NCBI GenBank assembly: GCA_963752595.1
Contig: CAVVYZ010000009.1
Coordinates: 96,001-160,000, forward strand
Direction: 5' to 3'
DNA length: 64,000 nt
DNA from: an uncultured delta proteobacterium
Lineage (GTDB): Bacteria > Desulfobacterota > Desulfomonilia > UBA1062
The position numbers and the translations under genes were made by a program. The notes below the pieces were generated by a model that ran no database searches, was not told the DNA's origin, and saw only the letters and a list, made by a program, of their open reading frames with translations. Positions 1 to 10,141 of the stretch are shown here, piece after piece (position 1 is the first letter of the stretch; every line of letters begins with the position of its first letter).

Positions 1-1053
1 CTACCCGTGCAATAACCTCCAAAGGAGCCATCTTCTGACCGACTGATTTGGCAGTGTTCTGGAGATGCCCGTATACCGAGTAATACCCGTCTCCGTGATC
101 TATGATGACGGTGTTCCCATATTTCTCGATCCAGTTGATATATACCACTGTCCCGGCAAAAATGCACCTGACCGGCGCTCCCTCCTGGGTCTCGATATCT
201 ATCCCTTGAGATTTCTGGAGCACCCCGCCAAGCGTGAACGGTCCGAAACCGCGCATGATCCTGCCTTTCAAAGGCCAGGATAGTTTCCCCTTGTGGATGA
301 AAAAATCGCCGCTGGAGAGTACAGGCTCCTGAACTTTCTCCTTCTTACCCTTCTTTTCTTTCTTCTTTTTGTCTTTCAGGGACTTTTCCCTCTCCCGCTT
401 TTCCCTTTCTTTTTTCTCTCTTCCTTCCTCTGGATCTCCTTGAGAAGGTCTTCCACCTGATCCTGATACATCTTCGATTCACTTTTCAGGGAGGAAATGA
501 GATTCTCTTTTTTCCTTCTCTCCCTTTCAAGATCTTTGGCACTGCCCTGAAGCTCGCTCAGATCCTCATTGAGAAGTACGGCAAGTTCATTGGCCTTCCT
601 TCTTGTCTCCCCGATGCCTTGCTTAAGCTTCTGATATTCCTGGAGTAGTCCCATATGATGCCTCATCACTGCATTGAGGTATCCGGAATATTTTTCATGA
701 CCATAATAGATGCTCACCATATCGAGAGAAGCGCTCTTGTAGAGGGTGACCCACTCCTGGCGAATCCTTGCCTGCGCTTTCTCCAGATCGTTCTCATAGA
801 CACTCATCTTCTTATCGAATGAGGCAATCTGCATCTGTTTTTTTTCGATACTCCCCTTCACCCTCACTGTCCTGTCCTGGATCCTCGATATCTCCTCGTC
901 CATATATCTGAGCTTCTTCTCTTCGGAAAGATATACTCCCTCGACTTCCTTGGCCTTCCTGGTCAACTCCTTGAGCTTTACGAACGGATCGTCGACTGCC
1001 CTCGTAACGAGGGGGCTCAAGAGGAAGAGGATTGAGAACAGGATTCTACCCAT
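1..1053 (-). CDS. envC: EnvC-like murein hydrolase activator (coiled coil + M23 peptidase domain); frameshift near 410; runs off window start
   Basis: ORF 376..1053 has a signal peptide and long coiled coil. After an A-run near 410 another frame continues KGKLSWPLKGRIMRGFG...GIDIETQEGAPVRCIFAGTVVYINWIEKYGNTVIIDHGDGYYSVYGHL (M23 motifs). Directly downstream of ftsEX. Confidence 0.85.
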
Positions 1054-1924
1054 CGATGCTTTGCTTGATTGCGAGATGTGCTCCGAGAAGGCTCAAAAGG
1101 CACGAGAAAGCAACAATGGAGACACTCTCCCTGAAAGGCAGCACGGTAAGGATTCCCTGAAGGACCGGTGCACGTGAAGTAATCGAGATTACGGCCCATT
1201 CGGTGAAGGCAAGCGCTGCCAGCGCTCCTCCCACCCCATAGGCGAGGGCTTCCATGAGATAGGGTGCGTAGAGGAATGAGGTTTGCGCCCCGAGGAGGTT
1301 GAGGACCTCTATTTCCTCCCGTCTCGAAACGATGCTGACACGGATGGAAAGGAATACGACAAGCGAGAGCGATACGATGACGATCAGCGCGATTACCCCT
1401 CCTGAAATGAGAATAGACTGGTATGCATCGGCAATATACCCCAGAATGCCTTTGTCATACCGGACATCTTCTACACCCGAAATCCCGTGTACCCTTTGTG
1501 CTATTCCTTCTATCTTTCCTGCATAGAAGGGCTTTACCGTGATCTCAAACGCATCGGGAAGGACATTTGGATCGAGGCCTTCTATCAGGGGGTTATCCGA
1601 TCCCATCCACTGCTTCAGACGGTCAAGGCCTCCCTGCCTGGGAATGAAGACAACGCCCTGGACCTCATCCATGACCGAGATCTTTGCCTTGATCCCATCG
1701 ATAACTCGGTCCTGCCGGGCTCCTGCCACGTACGCAATCATGGTACTCGTAGTACCACGGAGCGTCTTCACCTGCTTTGCGATCACGACCGTATGAAGGA
1801 CAAGGATGAGCTGGCACAGCGCAAACCACCACGCTATGAAGGTGAAGAGGCTGCCCAATGGCCTCCTGCGTATCCCCCTGAACAGCAGTTTAAGGATATA
1901 AAGGCTTCTGATCATGGAGCTCAC
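1046..1924 (-). CDS. ftsX: Cell division ABC permease FtsX
   Basis: Four TM segments, NVLPDAFEI loop, RREEIEVLNLLGA motif; follows ftsE. Confidence 0.9.
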   Translation of the reverse strand: MSSMIRSLYILKLLFRGIRRRPLGSLFTFIAWWFALCQLILVLHTVVIAKQVKTLRGTTSTMIAYVAGARQDRVIDGIKAKISVMDEVQGVVFIPRQGGLDRLKQWMGSDNPLIEGLDPNVLPDAFEITVKPFYAGKIEGIAQRVHGISGVEDVRYDKGILGYIADAYQSILISGGVIALIVIVSLSLVVFLSIRVSIVSRREEIEVLNLLGAQTSFLYAPYLMEALAYGVGGALAALAFTEWAVISITSRAPVLQGILTVLPFRESVSIVAFSCLLSLLGAHLAIKQSIDG

Positions 1925-2574
1925 CTTTTTGCGATCATGCCTTTTTCAAGGGTGATGATCCGGGCGAAATCTATGAGGGGGTCCTCTCGGTGGCTTGCTA
2001 TGAGCATGGTTATTCCCTTCTTGTGGAGCTTGTAGAACATGTTCATGACGTGCCGTGCAGTTGTTTCGTCAAGGCTGCCGACCGGCTCGTCTGCCAGTAG
2101 AACGTCCGGGTCGTGGATGATTGCCCTGATTATTGACAGGAGCTGTTTTTCTCCCCCCGAAAGGTCTCCGGCCCGTTCATAAATCTTGTGCTGAAGCCCG
2201 ACCCATTTGAGCATCTGCCAGACACGGTTTCTGATGTACCCGGCAGATTTTCCCAGGATCTCCAGGATGACTGCGGCGTTATCATAAACGGTCCAGTCTT
2301 CTATGAGGCGGTAGTCCTGGAATACAAAGCCCATATGCCTCCTGAGAGCCTGGATTCCGGATCTGCTCATTCCGGCGATGTACCTGTCGTGGAGAGATAC
2401 TTTCCCGTTCGTAGGCTCGTCAAGGGCATAGATCATCTTCAGGAGGGTCGTCTTGCCTGCCCCTGAAGGGCCGAGGATAAAACAGCACTCGCCCTTCGGG
2501 ATCTGAAAAGAAACGTCCCGGAGTGCGGTTACATTATCGTGGTAGGTTTTCGTTACCCCTTCAAGAACTATCAT
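1921..2574 (-). CDS. ftsE: Cell division ATP-binding protein FtsE
   Basis: Starts MIVLEGVTKTY; Walker A GPSGAGKTT, VFQDYRLI, LSGGEKQ, LLADEP; upstream of ftsX. Confidence 0.9.
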   Translation of the reverse strand: MIVLEGVTKTYHDNVTALRDVSFQIPKGECCFILGPSGAGKTTLLKMIYALDEPTNGKVSLHDRYIAGMSRSGIQALRRHMGFVFQDYRLIEDWTVYDNAAVILEILGKSAGYIRNRVWQMLKWVGLQHKIYERAGDLSGGEKQLLSIIRAIIHDPDVLLADEPVGSLDETTARHVMNMFYKLHKKGITMLIASHREDPLIDFARIITLEKGMIAKR

Positions 2575-2633
2575 CTCGTATCCGAATTCTTTCTTGCCTG
2601 ATTCTTGTCTTTGCGCGCCGGGACAGCCCCAGG

Positions 2634-3062
2634 TTACGAGAATCTCTGCTTGATCTCGATGAGGAGATCGATGTCGGCGGAAAGATAGTCGATGCTCTTG
2701 GCAAGGGATGGATGCTCTCCTGCAAGAGAGGCTGCTTCGATCATCAGGTACCGCAGTTCCATGATCTCCTTGTCTAGCAGTCCCAGCACCCTTGCTACCT
2801 GGGCGTCTGCCAGTTCGACCGTCTCCTCGGGGAGATGATGCTCGTCGCACTTGGATGCTTTCTCTTTCGGCCCGATCATCCCGAGCAGGACATCCGGAGA
2901 TATCTCAAGGGCGCCGGAGATCTTGTCTATGACCTTTCTGCTCGGTCTCTTCGGCGGGGTACACTCGTAGAGTGAAATAGTCTTAGATGAAACACCGCTT
3001 TTATCGGCAAGCTGTTCCATGGTCAATCCCTTCGATTTTCGAATACTTCGCAAATCGCTCAC
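2634..3062 (-). CDS. XRE/Cro-family helix-turn-helix protein with C-terminal helical region
   Basis: LRSIRKSKGLTMEQLADKSGVSSKTISLYE is a typical HTH_3 pattern; strong SD (AGGAGGGG) before the GTG. Confidence 0.85.
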   Translation of the reverse strand: MSDLRSIRKSKGLTMEQLADKSGVSSKTISLYECTPPKRPSRKVIDKISGALEISPDVLLGMIGPKEKASKCDEHHLPEETVELADAQVARVLGLLDKEIMELRYLMIEAASLAGEHPSLAKSIDYLSADIDLLIEIKQRFS

Positions 3063-3172
3063 TTCATACCCCTCCTGTGAATGGTATCATCGATTACCCG
3101 TGTCGCATTATTATCCCATTTTGCCTGTTACACAATACCCTTTTCTCACCACTCTCCCAACCTCCAGACTAT

Positions 3173-3188
3173 TGGTATGGTTTTCGCA
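3173..3188 (+). promoter_or_regulatory. Candidate sigma54 (-24/-12) promoter of the flhB operon
   Basis: TGGTATGGTTTTCGCA = GG-N10-GC; predicted +1 at about 3199-3200, i.e. at the flhB ATG. Confidence 0.6.
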
Positions 3189-3199
3189 AGCTATCCCCC

Positions 3200-4276
3200 A
3201 TGGCCAAGGAGAATGACAGCGGTCAAGAGCGAAGCGAACAACCGAGCGGCAAGCGATTACAAGAATCCAGAGATAAAGGACAAGTCAGCAAAAGCGTTGA
3301 AGTTTCAACGTGTTTTCTCTTCATAGCAACAGTGATCTCCTTTTATTTCTATATCCCTTCGGTGGCATCGCGGCTCAGCCGCGTCATGAGCTACTATCTT
3401 GGTAATACAGAAATGTGGGACGGCACCCGCGACTCGCTGGTTACGCTCTTCAGCCAGGCGGTATTCCAGCTCGGCATTATGCTGCTGCCCATCCTGGCAG
3501 TTTTCCTTGCAGTCGGGATAGCGTCAAATATCCTGCAGATCGGTTTTGTCTTCAGCGGCGAAACCCTGATCCCCAAGTTCTCCAAACTCAACCCGATCAC
3601 CGGGTTCAAAAACAAGTTTTTTTCTGTGAGAAGCTTGGAAATGCTTATTAAAAACGTTGTTATTATATCCGTCATCGGATGGGTCGGCTACCGGGCGATC
3701 AAACGGGAAATCGCAATTTTTCCCCCGCTCATGAGCAGCGAGGTATCCGTCATAGTATTGACATTATTCCAGTCGTCAATGCGCCTCCTCTGGGATTTCC
3801 TCTGGATTTTCGTCATTATCGCGCTCGCAGACTATGTCTATCAGAAATGGCAGCACACCCAGGACCTGATGATGTCCAAACAGGAAGTAAAGGAAGAACA
3901 CAAGCAAACCGAGGGCAACCCAATCATCAAGAGCAGGATACGATCCATCCAGATCCATATGGCCAGGAGGAGGATGATGAAGGAAGTGCCGAAAGCAGAC
4001 GTCATCATCACCAACCCGACCCATCTGGCAATCGCCCTGAAATACGAGAGGGGCAAGATGATAGCGCCAGTGGTCCTTGCAAAAGGCGCAGGAATCCTTG
4101 CGGAGAAGATCAAGGAAATAGCCCGGTCATCCCGCATATCTATAGTCGAAGACAAACCATTGGCACAGGCCTTGTATAAAACCGTAGAGATCGGGGATGC
4201 TATCCCCGAGGAGTGGTACAGAGCAGTGGCGGAAATTTTGGCATATGTCTACAGGTTGAAAGCAGGTGTGAGATAA
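3200..4276 (+). CDS. flhB: Flagellar export protein FlhB
   Basis: MAKENDSGQERSEQPSGKRL start, NPTH autocleavage motif, EGNPIIKSRIR. Confidence 0.97.
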   Translation: MAKENDSGQERSEQPSGKRLQESRDKGQVSKSVEVSTCFLFIATVISFYFYIPSVASRLSRVMSYYLGNTEMWDGTRDSLVTLFSQAVFQLGIMLLPILAVFLAVGIASNILQIGFVFSGETLIPKFSKLNPITGFKNKFFSVRSLEMLIKNVVIISVIGWVGYRAIKREIAIFPPLMSSEVSVIVLTLFQSSMRLLWDFLWIFVIIALADYVYQKWQHTQDLMMSKQEVKEEHKQTEGNPIIKSRIRSIQIHMARRRMMKEVPKADVIITNPTHLAIALKYERGKMIAPVVLAKGAGILAEKIKEIARSSRISIVEDKPLAQALYKTVEIGDAIPEEWYRAVAEILAYVYRLKAGVR

Positions 4277-6346
4277 ATGGCAGCAAGAGAAACCCTCCCC
4301 TTCGACATGGATCATAATGTCTTGAGCGACATTGTGATGGCTGTCGGCGTCCTCCTCGTTCTGGTAATCGTCCTCATCCCCCTCCCCACCTTTATCCTCG
4401 ACGTGCTGCTCACCTTCAGCATCACCCTGGGGATAATCATCCTCATGGTGAGCATGTATACAACCAATCCCTTGAATTTTTCCGTTTTCCCGTCTCTGCT
4501 CCTGGTCGTTACACTCTTCCGGCTAGCGCTCAATATCGCATCAACGAGGCTGATACTCTTAAACGGCTCCGAAGGCGAACTTGCTGCAGGAAAGGTGATC
4601 CATGCCTTCGGCCAATTCGTGGTCGGCGGAAGTTATGTCGTAGGCTTCGTGGTTTTCTCCATCTTCGTCATCATCAATTTTGTCGTTATCACCAAGGGTG
4701 CAACCCGCATCGGCGAGGTTACCGCACGGTTCACCCTGGATGCCATGCCGGGCAAGCAGATGGCTATCGATGCAGACCTCAACGCAGGAATGATCACGGA
4801 AATCCAAGCACGCGACCGGAGAGATCTTATCCAGAGAGAGGCCGAGTTTTACGGGGCAATGGACGGTGCCACCAAGTTCGTGCGGGGAGATGCCATTGCA
4901 GGGATCATCATCGTTTTCGTCAACATCATGGGCGGGATCATCATAGGCGTCCTCCAGCACAAGATGGCCTTTGCCGAAGCCTTGACCACATACACCACAC
5001 TGACCATCGGCGACGGTCTCATCTCCCAGATACCGGCCCTTGTCATCTCTTCTGCAGCCGGCATCATCGTGACCCAGTCCGCAGCGGATAAATCCATCGG
5101 CAAGCTGCTCTCAGAGCAACTCGCATTCCAGCCCCTGGCGTTATTCTCCGCATCAGGAATCATCTTCTTACTCGGACTCGTTCCCGGAATGCCGCATATC
5201 CCGTTCCTGTCCATGGCAGCTATCATGGGCGGCATTGCATGGATAAGCCTCCGGTTTAAAAAGGATGAGGAGGTTAAGGAAGAGGCCCCGCAGGAAGAAG
5301 AGGCCTCTGCAGAGGTACTCCTCACAACAGATGTCCTGGAATTCGAAATCGGATACGGGCTCATCCCCATGGTGGATACGTCCTCGGGCGGTGAACTTTT
5401 GACGCGTATCAAGGGAATGCGACGAACGATTGCCGCTGAGCTCGGGGTCATTGTTCCCCCTATCCATGTCAGGGACAACCTGGACCTCAAGCCCAACGAA
5501 TACAAGCTCATGCTCAAGGGTTCCGATATCGCACGATCTGAAGCCATGGTTGACAGGCTGATGCTGCTGAATCCCGAAGAGGTCAAGATCGATATCCCCG
5601 GCATTCCGGTCAAAGAGCCTGCCTTCGGGCTGCCGGGCCTGTGGATCAAAAAGGCCGACAGCGAGAGAGCTCAGCTTGCCGGTCTTACCGTAGTCGATCC
5701 GTCAACGGTTATCGCGACCCACCTTACCGAGGCTATCAAGAGCAATTCCCATGAACTCCTCGGCAGGCAGGAACTCCAGGCAATCCTGGATACGGTATCG
5801 CGGTCCCACCCGAAGGTTGTAGATGACCTCATCCCTGCTACGCTCCCCGCGGGTACGGTATTACGGGTGCTCAAGAACCTCCTGAAAGAGAAGGTCTCCA
5901 TCAAGAATATCCTCACCATATTCGAGACACTGGCAGATTTCGGTCCTGTAACGAAAGATCCCGACATTTTGACGGAGTACGTCAGACAAGCCCTCATGAG
6001 GATCATCTCGAAACCATATATTCAGAACAACACGATCAAGGTGCTGGCTCTGGATCCCGCTATAGACGGAATGATATCGCACTCGATCCAGCATACGGAA
6101 CATGGCTCGTATCTTGCACTAGAACCAGAGAAATCTAACAAGATTCTCATGACTTTGAACAAGGAGGTCAACAGCGTGGGCAAGCAGGGACTGGTTCCGA
6201 TCTTACTGACATCACCGGTAAGCAGGGCATATATGAAGCGACTCACCGAGCGCTATATGCCCGACCTCGTGGTCCTGTCCCATAATGAGATCCCCCCTGA
6301 CATAACCATAAAAAACCTCGGAATGGTAAGGGTCGATGCAAATTAA
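4277..6346 (+). CDS. flhA: Flagellar export protein FlhA
   Basis: RFTLDAMPGKQMAIDADLNAG and FYGAMDGATKFVRGDAIAG motifs. Confidence 0.98.
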   Translation: MAARETLPFDMDHNVLSDIVMAVGVLLVLVIVLIPLPTFILDVLLTFSITLGIIILMVSMYTTNPLNFSVFPSLLLVVTLFRLALNIASTRLILLNGSEGELAAGKVIHAFGQFVVGGSYVVGFVVFSIFVIINFVVITKGATRIGEVTARFTLDAMPGKQMAIDADLNAGMITEIQARDRRDLIQREAEFYGAMDGATKFVRGDAIAGIIIVFVNIMGGIIIGVLQHKMAFAEALTTYTTLTIGDGLISQIPALVISSAAGIIVTQSAADKSIGKLLSEQLAFQPLALFSASGIIFLLGLVPGMPHIPFLSMAAIMGGIAWISLRFKKDEEVKEEAPQEEEASAEVLLTTDVLEFEIGYGLIPMVDTSSGGELLTRIKGMRRTIAAELGVIVPPIHVRDNLDLKPNEYKLMLKGSDIARSEAMVDRLMLLNPEEVKIDIPGIPVKEPAFGLPGLWIKKADSERAQLAGLTVVDPSTVIATHLTEAIKSNSHELLGRQELQAILDTVSRSHPKVVDDLIPATLPAGTVLRVLKNLLKEKVSIKNILTIFETLADFGPVTKDPDILTEYVRQALMRIISKPYIQNNTIKVLALDPAIDGMISHSIQHTEHGSYLALEPEKSNKILMTLNKEVNSVGKQGLVPILLTSPVSRAYMKRLTERYMPDLVVLSHNEIPPDITIKNLGMVRVDAN

Positions 6347-7403
6347 AACATACACTGCAAGCTCCATGAAGGACATCCTCTCCCGGATCAAGAGTGAGCT
6401 GGGTTCTGATGCAGTGATCCTCTCCAAGCGCGAGATCGCTGACACGAATTTCGGTCTGGCGGCAAAAACCATGATCGAGGTCACTGCCGCTGTGGACTAT
6501 GACGCCGGCGCCCACGAGAAAATGGCGAAAACGGAAGATATTTCCGCTTTAAGGAAGTTTCCCATAAACAGTTCGTCCCAGCCCGATGCCCTTTCAAACG
6601 AGATCATCGAGCTAAAAGAAATGATGAAGGAGCTGATAGCCCATACAGGGGTTTCGCTCCACAACGGCAACCCCGTGAGGAAGAAGCTCGTATCCCAGGG
6701 AATCAGGCCCAATCTTGCAGATCTCTTGCTCTCCAAGATAGGCCAGGGGGCGAATGAGCACTCGGTCAAGGATCTCCTGGGCAAGATCATCCAAACGGAT
6801 AGACCTGTCGGGAACAAGGTATGGGCCTTCGTGGGAACAACCGGAGTAGGTAAGACCACGACAATCGCCAAGATCGCTGCCCGATGCGTGCTCAACGAGA
6901 ATAAGAAGGCCGGGCTTATCACTCTGGATACCTACCGGATCGGCGCCATTGACCAGGGAAGGATCTACGCCAAGATACTGAATATTCCCTTCCTGTCCGT
7001 CACAACGGCATCGGAGTTCAGGACGGCGCTCGCGAAGCTCGAGTCCATGTCCATGGATCTGATCCTTGTGGATACGGTAGGAAGATCGCCCTTGTGCAGA
7101 GACTACATCCCTCAGCTCAAGCAGTATTTCGGCGGGATCAACCCATGCACCTTCCTGCTCATGCCGGTAGCTACAAGGGATACCGAGATGGATACCATAA
7201 CCAAATCTTTCTCGGAACTGAATATCGACCGTATGATATTCACCAAGGTCGATGAGGCAATACATTCAGGATCAATCATTACCCATAATCTTCTCTACAG
7301 GATCCCCATCTCGTTCCTCACCACTGGCCAGAGGGTTCCGGAAGATATCGAGGAAGCGTCTGCGTCAACGATCACAGAAAGATGTCTCGGAGATATATCA
7401 TGA
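6336..7403 (+). CDS. flhF: Flagellar SRP-type GTPase FlhF
   Basis: GTTGVGKTTT, DTYRIGA, DTVGR, TKVDE, TTGQRVPEDI; follows flhA. Confidence 0.95.
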   Translation: MQIKTYTASSMKDILSRIKSELGSDAVILSKREIADTNFGLAAKTMIEVTAAVDYDAGAHEKMAKTEDISALRKFPINSSSQPDALSNEIIELKEMMKELIAHTGVSLHNGNPVRKKLVSQGIRPNLADLLLSKIGQGANEHSVKDLLGKIIQTDRPVGNKVWAFVGTTGVGKTTTIAKIAARCVLNENKKAGLITLDTYRIGAIDQGRIYAKILNIPFLSVTTASEFRTALAKLESMSMDLILVDTVGRSPLCRDYIPQLKQYFGGINPCTFLLMPVATRDTEMDTITKSFSELNIDRMIFTKVDEAIHSGSIITHNLLYRIPISFLTTGQRVPEDIEEASASTITERCLGDIS

Positions 7404-8302
7404 AAGATCAAGCACATACATTAAGGAGGATCTTCGAGGGAGGCGGCAGCCAGAACTACCCGCAAGTGCTGTCGGTCACTTCGGGAAAAGGGGGCGTCGG
7501 GAAAACGAGCATCGTCGTCAATATGGCCATCATTCTCGCCTCAAAGGGGAAAAAGGTCCTCGTCCTCGATGCAGATTTAGGGCTTGCCAATATCGATGTC
7601 ATGCTCGGCCTCGCACCGAAGTACAATATACAGCATGTCCTGGAGGGGCAGTGCCTCCTGGAAGACATCATCCTGGAAGGACCCAAGGGGATCAAGATCA
7701 TCCCGGCTTCATCGGGCATCCAGGAGCTTGTGGATCTCACCCCCGAACAGCAGATCTGCCTGATGAACTCTCTGGATTATTTCGACCAGGATATCGACTA
7801 CATGATCATCGATACAGGCGCAGGGATCTCGAAGAACGTCATGTACTTCAATACCGCGGCGCAGCGGATTCTCGTCGTGTGCACCGGGGAGCCGACCTCC
7901 ATTACCGATGCATACGCGCTCATCAAGGTTTTGAGAAAGCAATACGGGGTCAAGCACTTTGACCTCATCGTGAATAACATTTCTTCCAAAGTGGAAGGAG
8001 ACCAAGTGGCAAGGCAGTTAACTTTGGTATGTGAGAGGTTTTTAGGGGATGTTGCCCTTGAAGTACTCGGATCCATTCCAACGGACAAAAGCATTCCCGA
8101 GTGCATCAAAGGGCAAAAGGCATTTGTCGGAGTCCATCCGAACGGGGAGGCAGCGGTCCGTCTGGAGAGAATCGTGAGCCGCCTTGAACACACATCGCGA
8201 GACTCGAACAGCGGGAATCTTCAATTTTTCCTCCGCAGGATGTTACTCAACCAAGTGAAGGGGTCGAACCATGCAGGACATAGCATTTCCGGATCTTACT
8301 GA
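7400..8302 (+). CDS. flhG: MinD-like flagellar number regulator FlhG/FleN
   Basis: MKDQAHTLR N-terminus, SGKGGVGKT, DADLGLANID, EPTSITDAYALIK. Confidence 0.95.
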   Translation: MKDQAHTLRRIFEGGGSQNYPQVLSVTSGKGGVGKTSIVVNMAIILASKGKKVLVLDADLGLANIDVMLGLAPKYNIQHVLEGQCLLEDIILEGPKGIKIIPASSGIQELVDLTPEQQICLMNSLDYFDQDIDYMIIDTGAGISKNVMYFNTAAQRILVVCTGEPTSITDAYALIKVLRKQYGVKHFDLIVNNISSKVEGDQVARQLTLVCERFLGDVALEVLGSIPTDKSIPECIKGQKAFVGVHPNGEAAVRLERIVSRLEHTSRDSNSGNLQFFLRRMLLNQVKGSNHAGHSISGSY

Positions 8303-9041
8303 AGAACAGAAACTCAACCCGAAGGTCAGGGCAAAGGTGATCAACGAGTTCTCACCGTTGATCAAGTACATAGCCAGCCGCATAGCGATCCGGCTTCCCC
8401 CTCACATCGACCTGAACGATCTCATCAACGCAGGGGTGATAGGGCTCATCGACGCCATCGAGAAATTCGATGCCTCAAAGCAGATCAAGTTCAAGACCTA
8501 TGCGGAGTTCAGGATCCGCGGCGCAATACTCGATGAATTGCGCTCCATGGATTGGGTGCCAAGGTCGGTGAGGCAGAAGGCCCGCAAGGTGGAAGACGCC
8601 TATGCAAGGCTCGAATATGCCCTTGGCCGGCCTGCAAAAGACGAAGAGGTGGCCAACGAGATGAAGATCGATATCGACAGTTTCCACAAGCTCCTTTCGG
8701 AAACGGCATCGGTATCGCTCCTGAGCCTGGACGACCTTGGCGAAGATGATTCCGACGTCTCAAAGAGAAACCTCCTGGAGTTCATCCTTCAGGATGAAAA
8801 GGAATGGCCCTCGCATAAGCTCAGATATGCGGAAGTCCGGGAAATAGTTGCCAAGGGGATCCTCTCGCTGCCGGAAAAGGAGCGGATGGTTATCTCATTG
8901 TATTATTACGACGAGCTGACCATGAAGGAGATTGGCCATGTGCTTAAATTTACTGAATCAAGGGTCTCCCAGATTCATACCAAGGCAGTCTTGAGGCTCA
9001 GATCAAAGATGCAGAAGCTTTTTAAAGAGATCAAGGCGTAA
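8271..9041 (+). CDS. fliA: RNA polymerase sigma-28 factor FliA
   Basis: [28 protein letters not shown] and TESRVSQIH motifs. Confidence 0.97.
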   Translation: MQDIAFPDLTEEQKLNPKVRAKVINEFSPLIKYIASRIAIRLPPHIDLNDLINAGVIGLIDAIEKFDASKQIKFKTYAEFRIRGAILDELRSMDWVPRSVRQKARKVEDAYARLEYALGRPAKDEEVANEMKIDIDSFHKLLSETASVSLLSLDDLGEDDSDVSKRNLLEFILQDEKEWPSHKLRYAEVREIVAKGILSLPEKERMVISLYYYDELTMKEIGHVLKFTESRVSQIHTKAVLRLRSKMQKLFKEIKA

Positions 9042-9066
9042 AGATTTACGCGCGATTGTTCGATTA
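9039..9066 (+). promoter_or_regulatory. Possible sigma28 promoter upstream of cheY
   Basis: TAAA-N16-TTCGATTA, resembling TAAA-N15/16-GCCGATAA. Confidence 0.35.
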
Positions 9067-9091
9067 TGTGAAAAAGACCCTGGAGGCAACT

Positions 9092-9475
9092 ATGGCGGTT
9101 GATAAAAATATGAAAATCCTTGTTGTTGATGATTTCTCAACGATGCGCCGGATTGTGAAAAACATCTTGAGACAGCTGAACTTCAATAACATCATTGAAG
9201 CCGACGACGGGTCCACTGCCCTCGATACTCTCCAGAGGGAGAAGATCGACATGGTAGTCTCCGACTGGAACATGCCGAAAATGACGGGATTGGAACTCCT
9301 CAAGGCCATCCGGTCGGACGATGCCCTGAAAGACATCCCCTTTCTTATGGTAACGGCAGAGGCCCAACAGGAGAATATCATCGAGGCGGTGAAGTCAGGG
9401 GTGAGCAATTATATCGTGAAACCTTTTACCGCCGAGACGCTCGGCCAGAAAATAAACCAGATCTTCAGCAAGTAG
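9092..9475 (+). CDS. cheY: Chemotaxis response regulator CheY
   Basis: [39 protein letters not shown]; SD GGAGG. Confidence 0.95.
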   Translation: MAVDKNMKILVVDDFSTMRRIVKNILRQLNFNNIIEADDGSTALDTLQREKIDMVVSDWNMPKMTGLELLKAIRSDDALKDIPFLMVTAEAQQENIIEAVKSGVSNYIVKPFTAETLGQKINQIFSK

Positions 9476-9484
9476 GGGGGAAAC

Positions 9485-10093
9485 GTGTCGGATCATCCCG
9501 GGAAAAAAGCCGAGCTCGACAAAGATGGTATTGCCTATGATTTCGGCAAGGCGGAGCTCGACAGAGACGGCGTGTCTCTTTCCGATGAACCCGGGGCCGA
9601 AGAACCCATACAGGAGGAAACGAAGCAGATCTCTTCAACGGAAACATCCAAACCCGCCTCCAAGCGTCGCCCGATACTCATCGCATCAATCGCATCAGGG
9701 CTCGTGATCGTGCTCGTCTCCATGGGCGTTCTCACCTATCATCTGACAAAAAAACCGCATGTGGATATTCCCATAAGCTATAAAAAACCCGCTCCTTCCC
9801 CCGCATTGGATTCACGAGAGGGAGATATTCTTCTTGATCCTTTCATGGTGCTCTATAATTCCCGCAAGCCCAAGGAGTCCGGCGTACTGCTCGCCCAGCT
9901 CAGCCTGCAGGCAAACCCGGAAACCGCATATAATATCGGCAGTAGGATGTATGAGATCAGGAACCTCATTTTTCAGAGACTCTCATCGAACGCCGACGTT
10001 TATTCAAAAGAAGAAATTGCTGCAATCATCCGTGATGATCTGAAATCACTCAATGTCAACAATGTCGTTTTTGTGGAATTCGATAAGAGGTGA
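9485..10093 (+). CDS. FliL-like single-pass membrane protein with acidic N-terminal extension
   Basis: One TM segment, then LDPFMV...EIRNLIF...VNNVVFVEF (FliL-like C-terminus); inside the flagellar operon. Confidence 0.6.
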   Translation: MSDHPGKKAELDKDGIAYDFGKAELDRDGVSLSDEPGAEEPIQEETKQISSTETSKPASKRRPILIASIASGLVIVLVSMGVLTYHLTKKPHVDIPISYKKPAPSPALDSREGDILLDPFMVLYNSRKPKESGVLLAQLSLQANPETAYNIGSRMYEIRNLIFQRLSSNADVYSKEEIAAIIRDDLKSLNVNNVVFVEFDKR

Positions 10094-10141
10094 TTTTTTC
10101 ATTGGGAAGTGTAAGGTTAAAGAAATTAACTACGGAGGCGA

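Noticed and set aside
335-430. Pyrimidine-rich low-complexity tract as a repeat element
   Set aside because: Encodes the Lys/Glu/Arg-rich linker of EnvC on the minus strand.
2575-2850. 92-aa N-terminal extension of FtsE in the ORF track
   Set aside because: Overlaps the XRE gene in another frame; FtsE homology starts at ATG 2574.
2987-3199. N-terminal extension of FlhB in the ORF track
   Set aside because: Overlaps the divergent XRE gene and the promoter region; FlhB homology starts at 3200.
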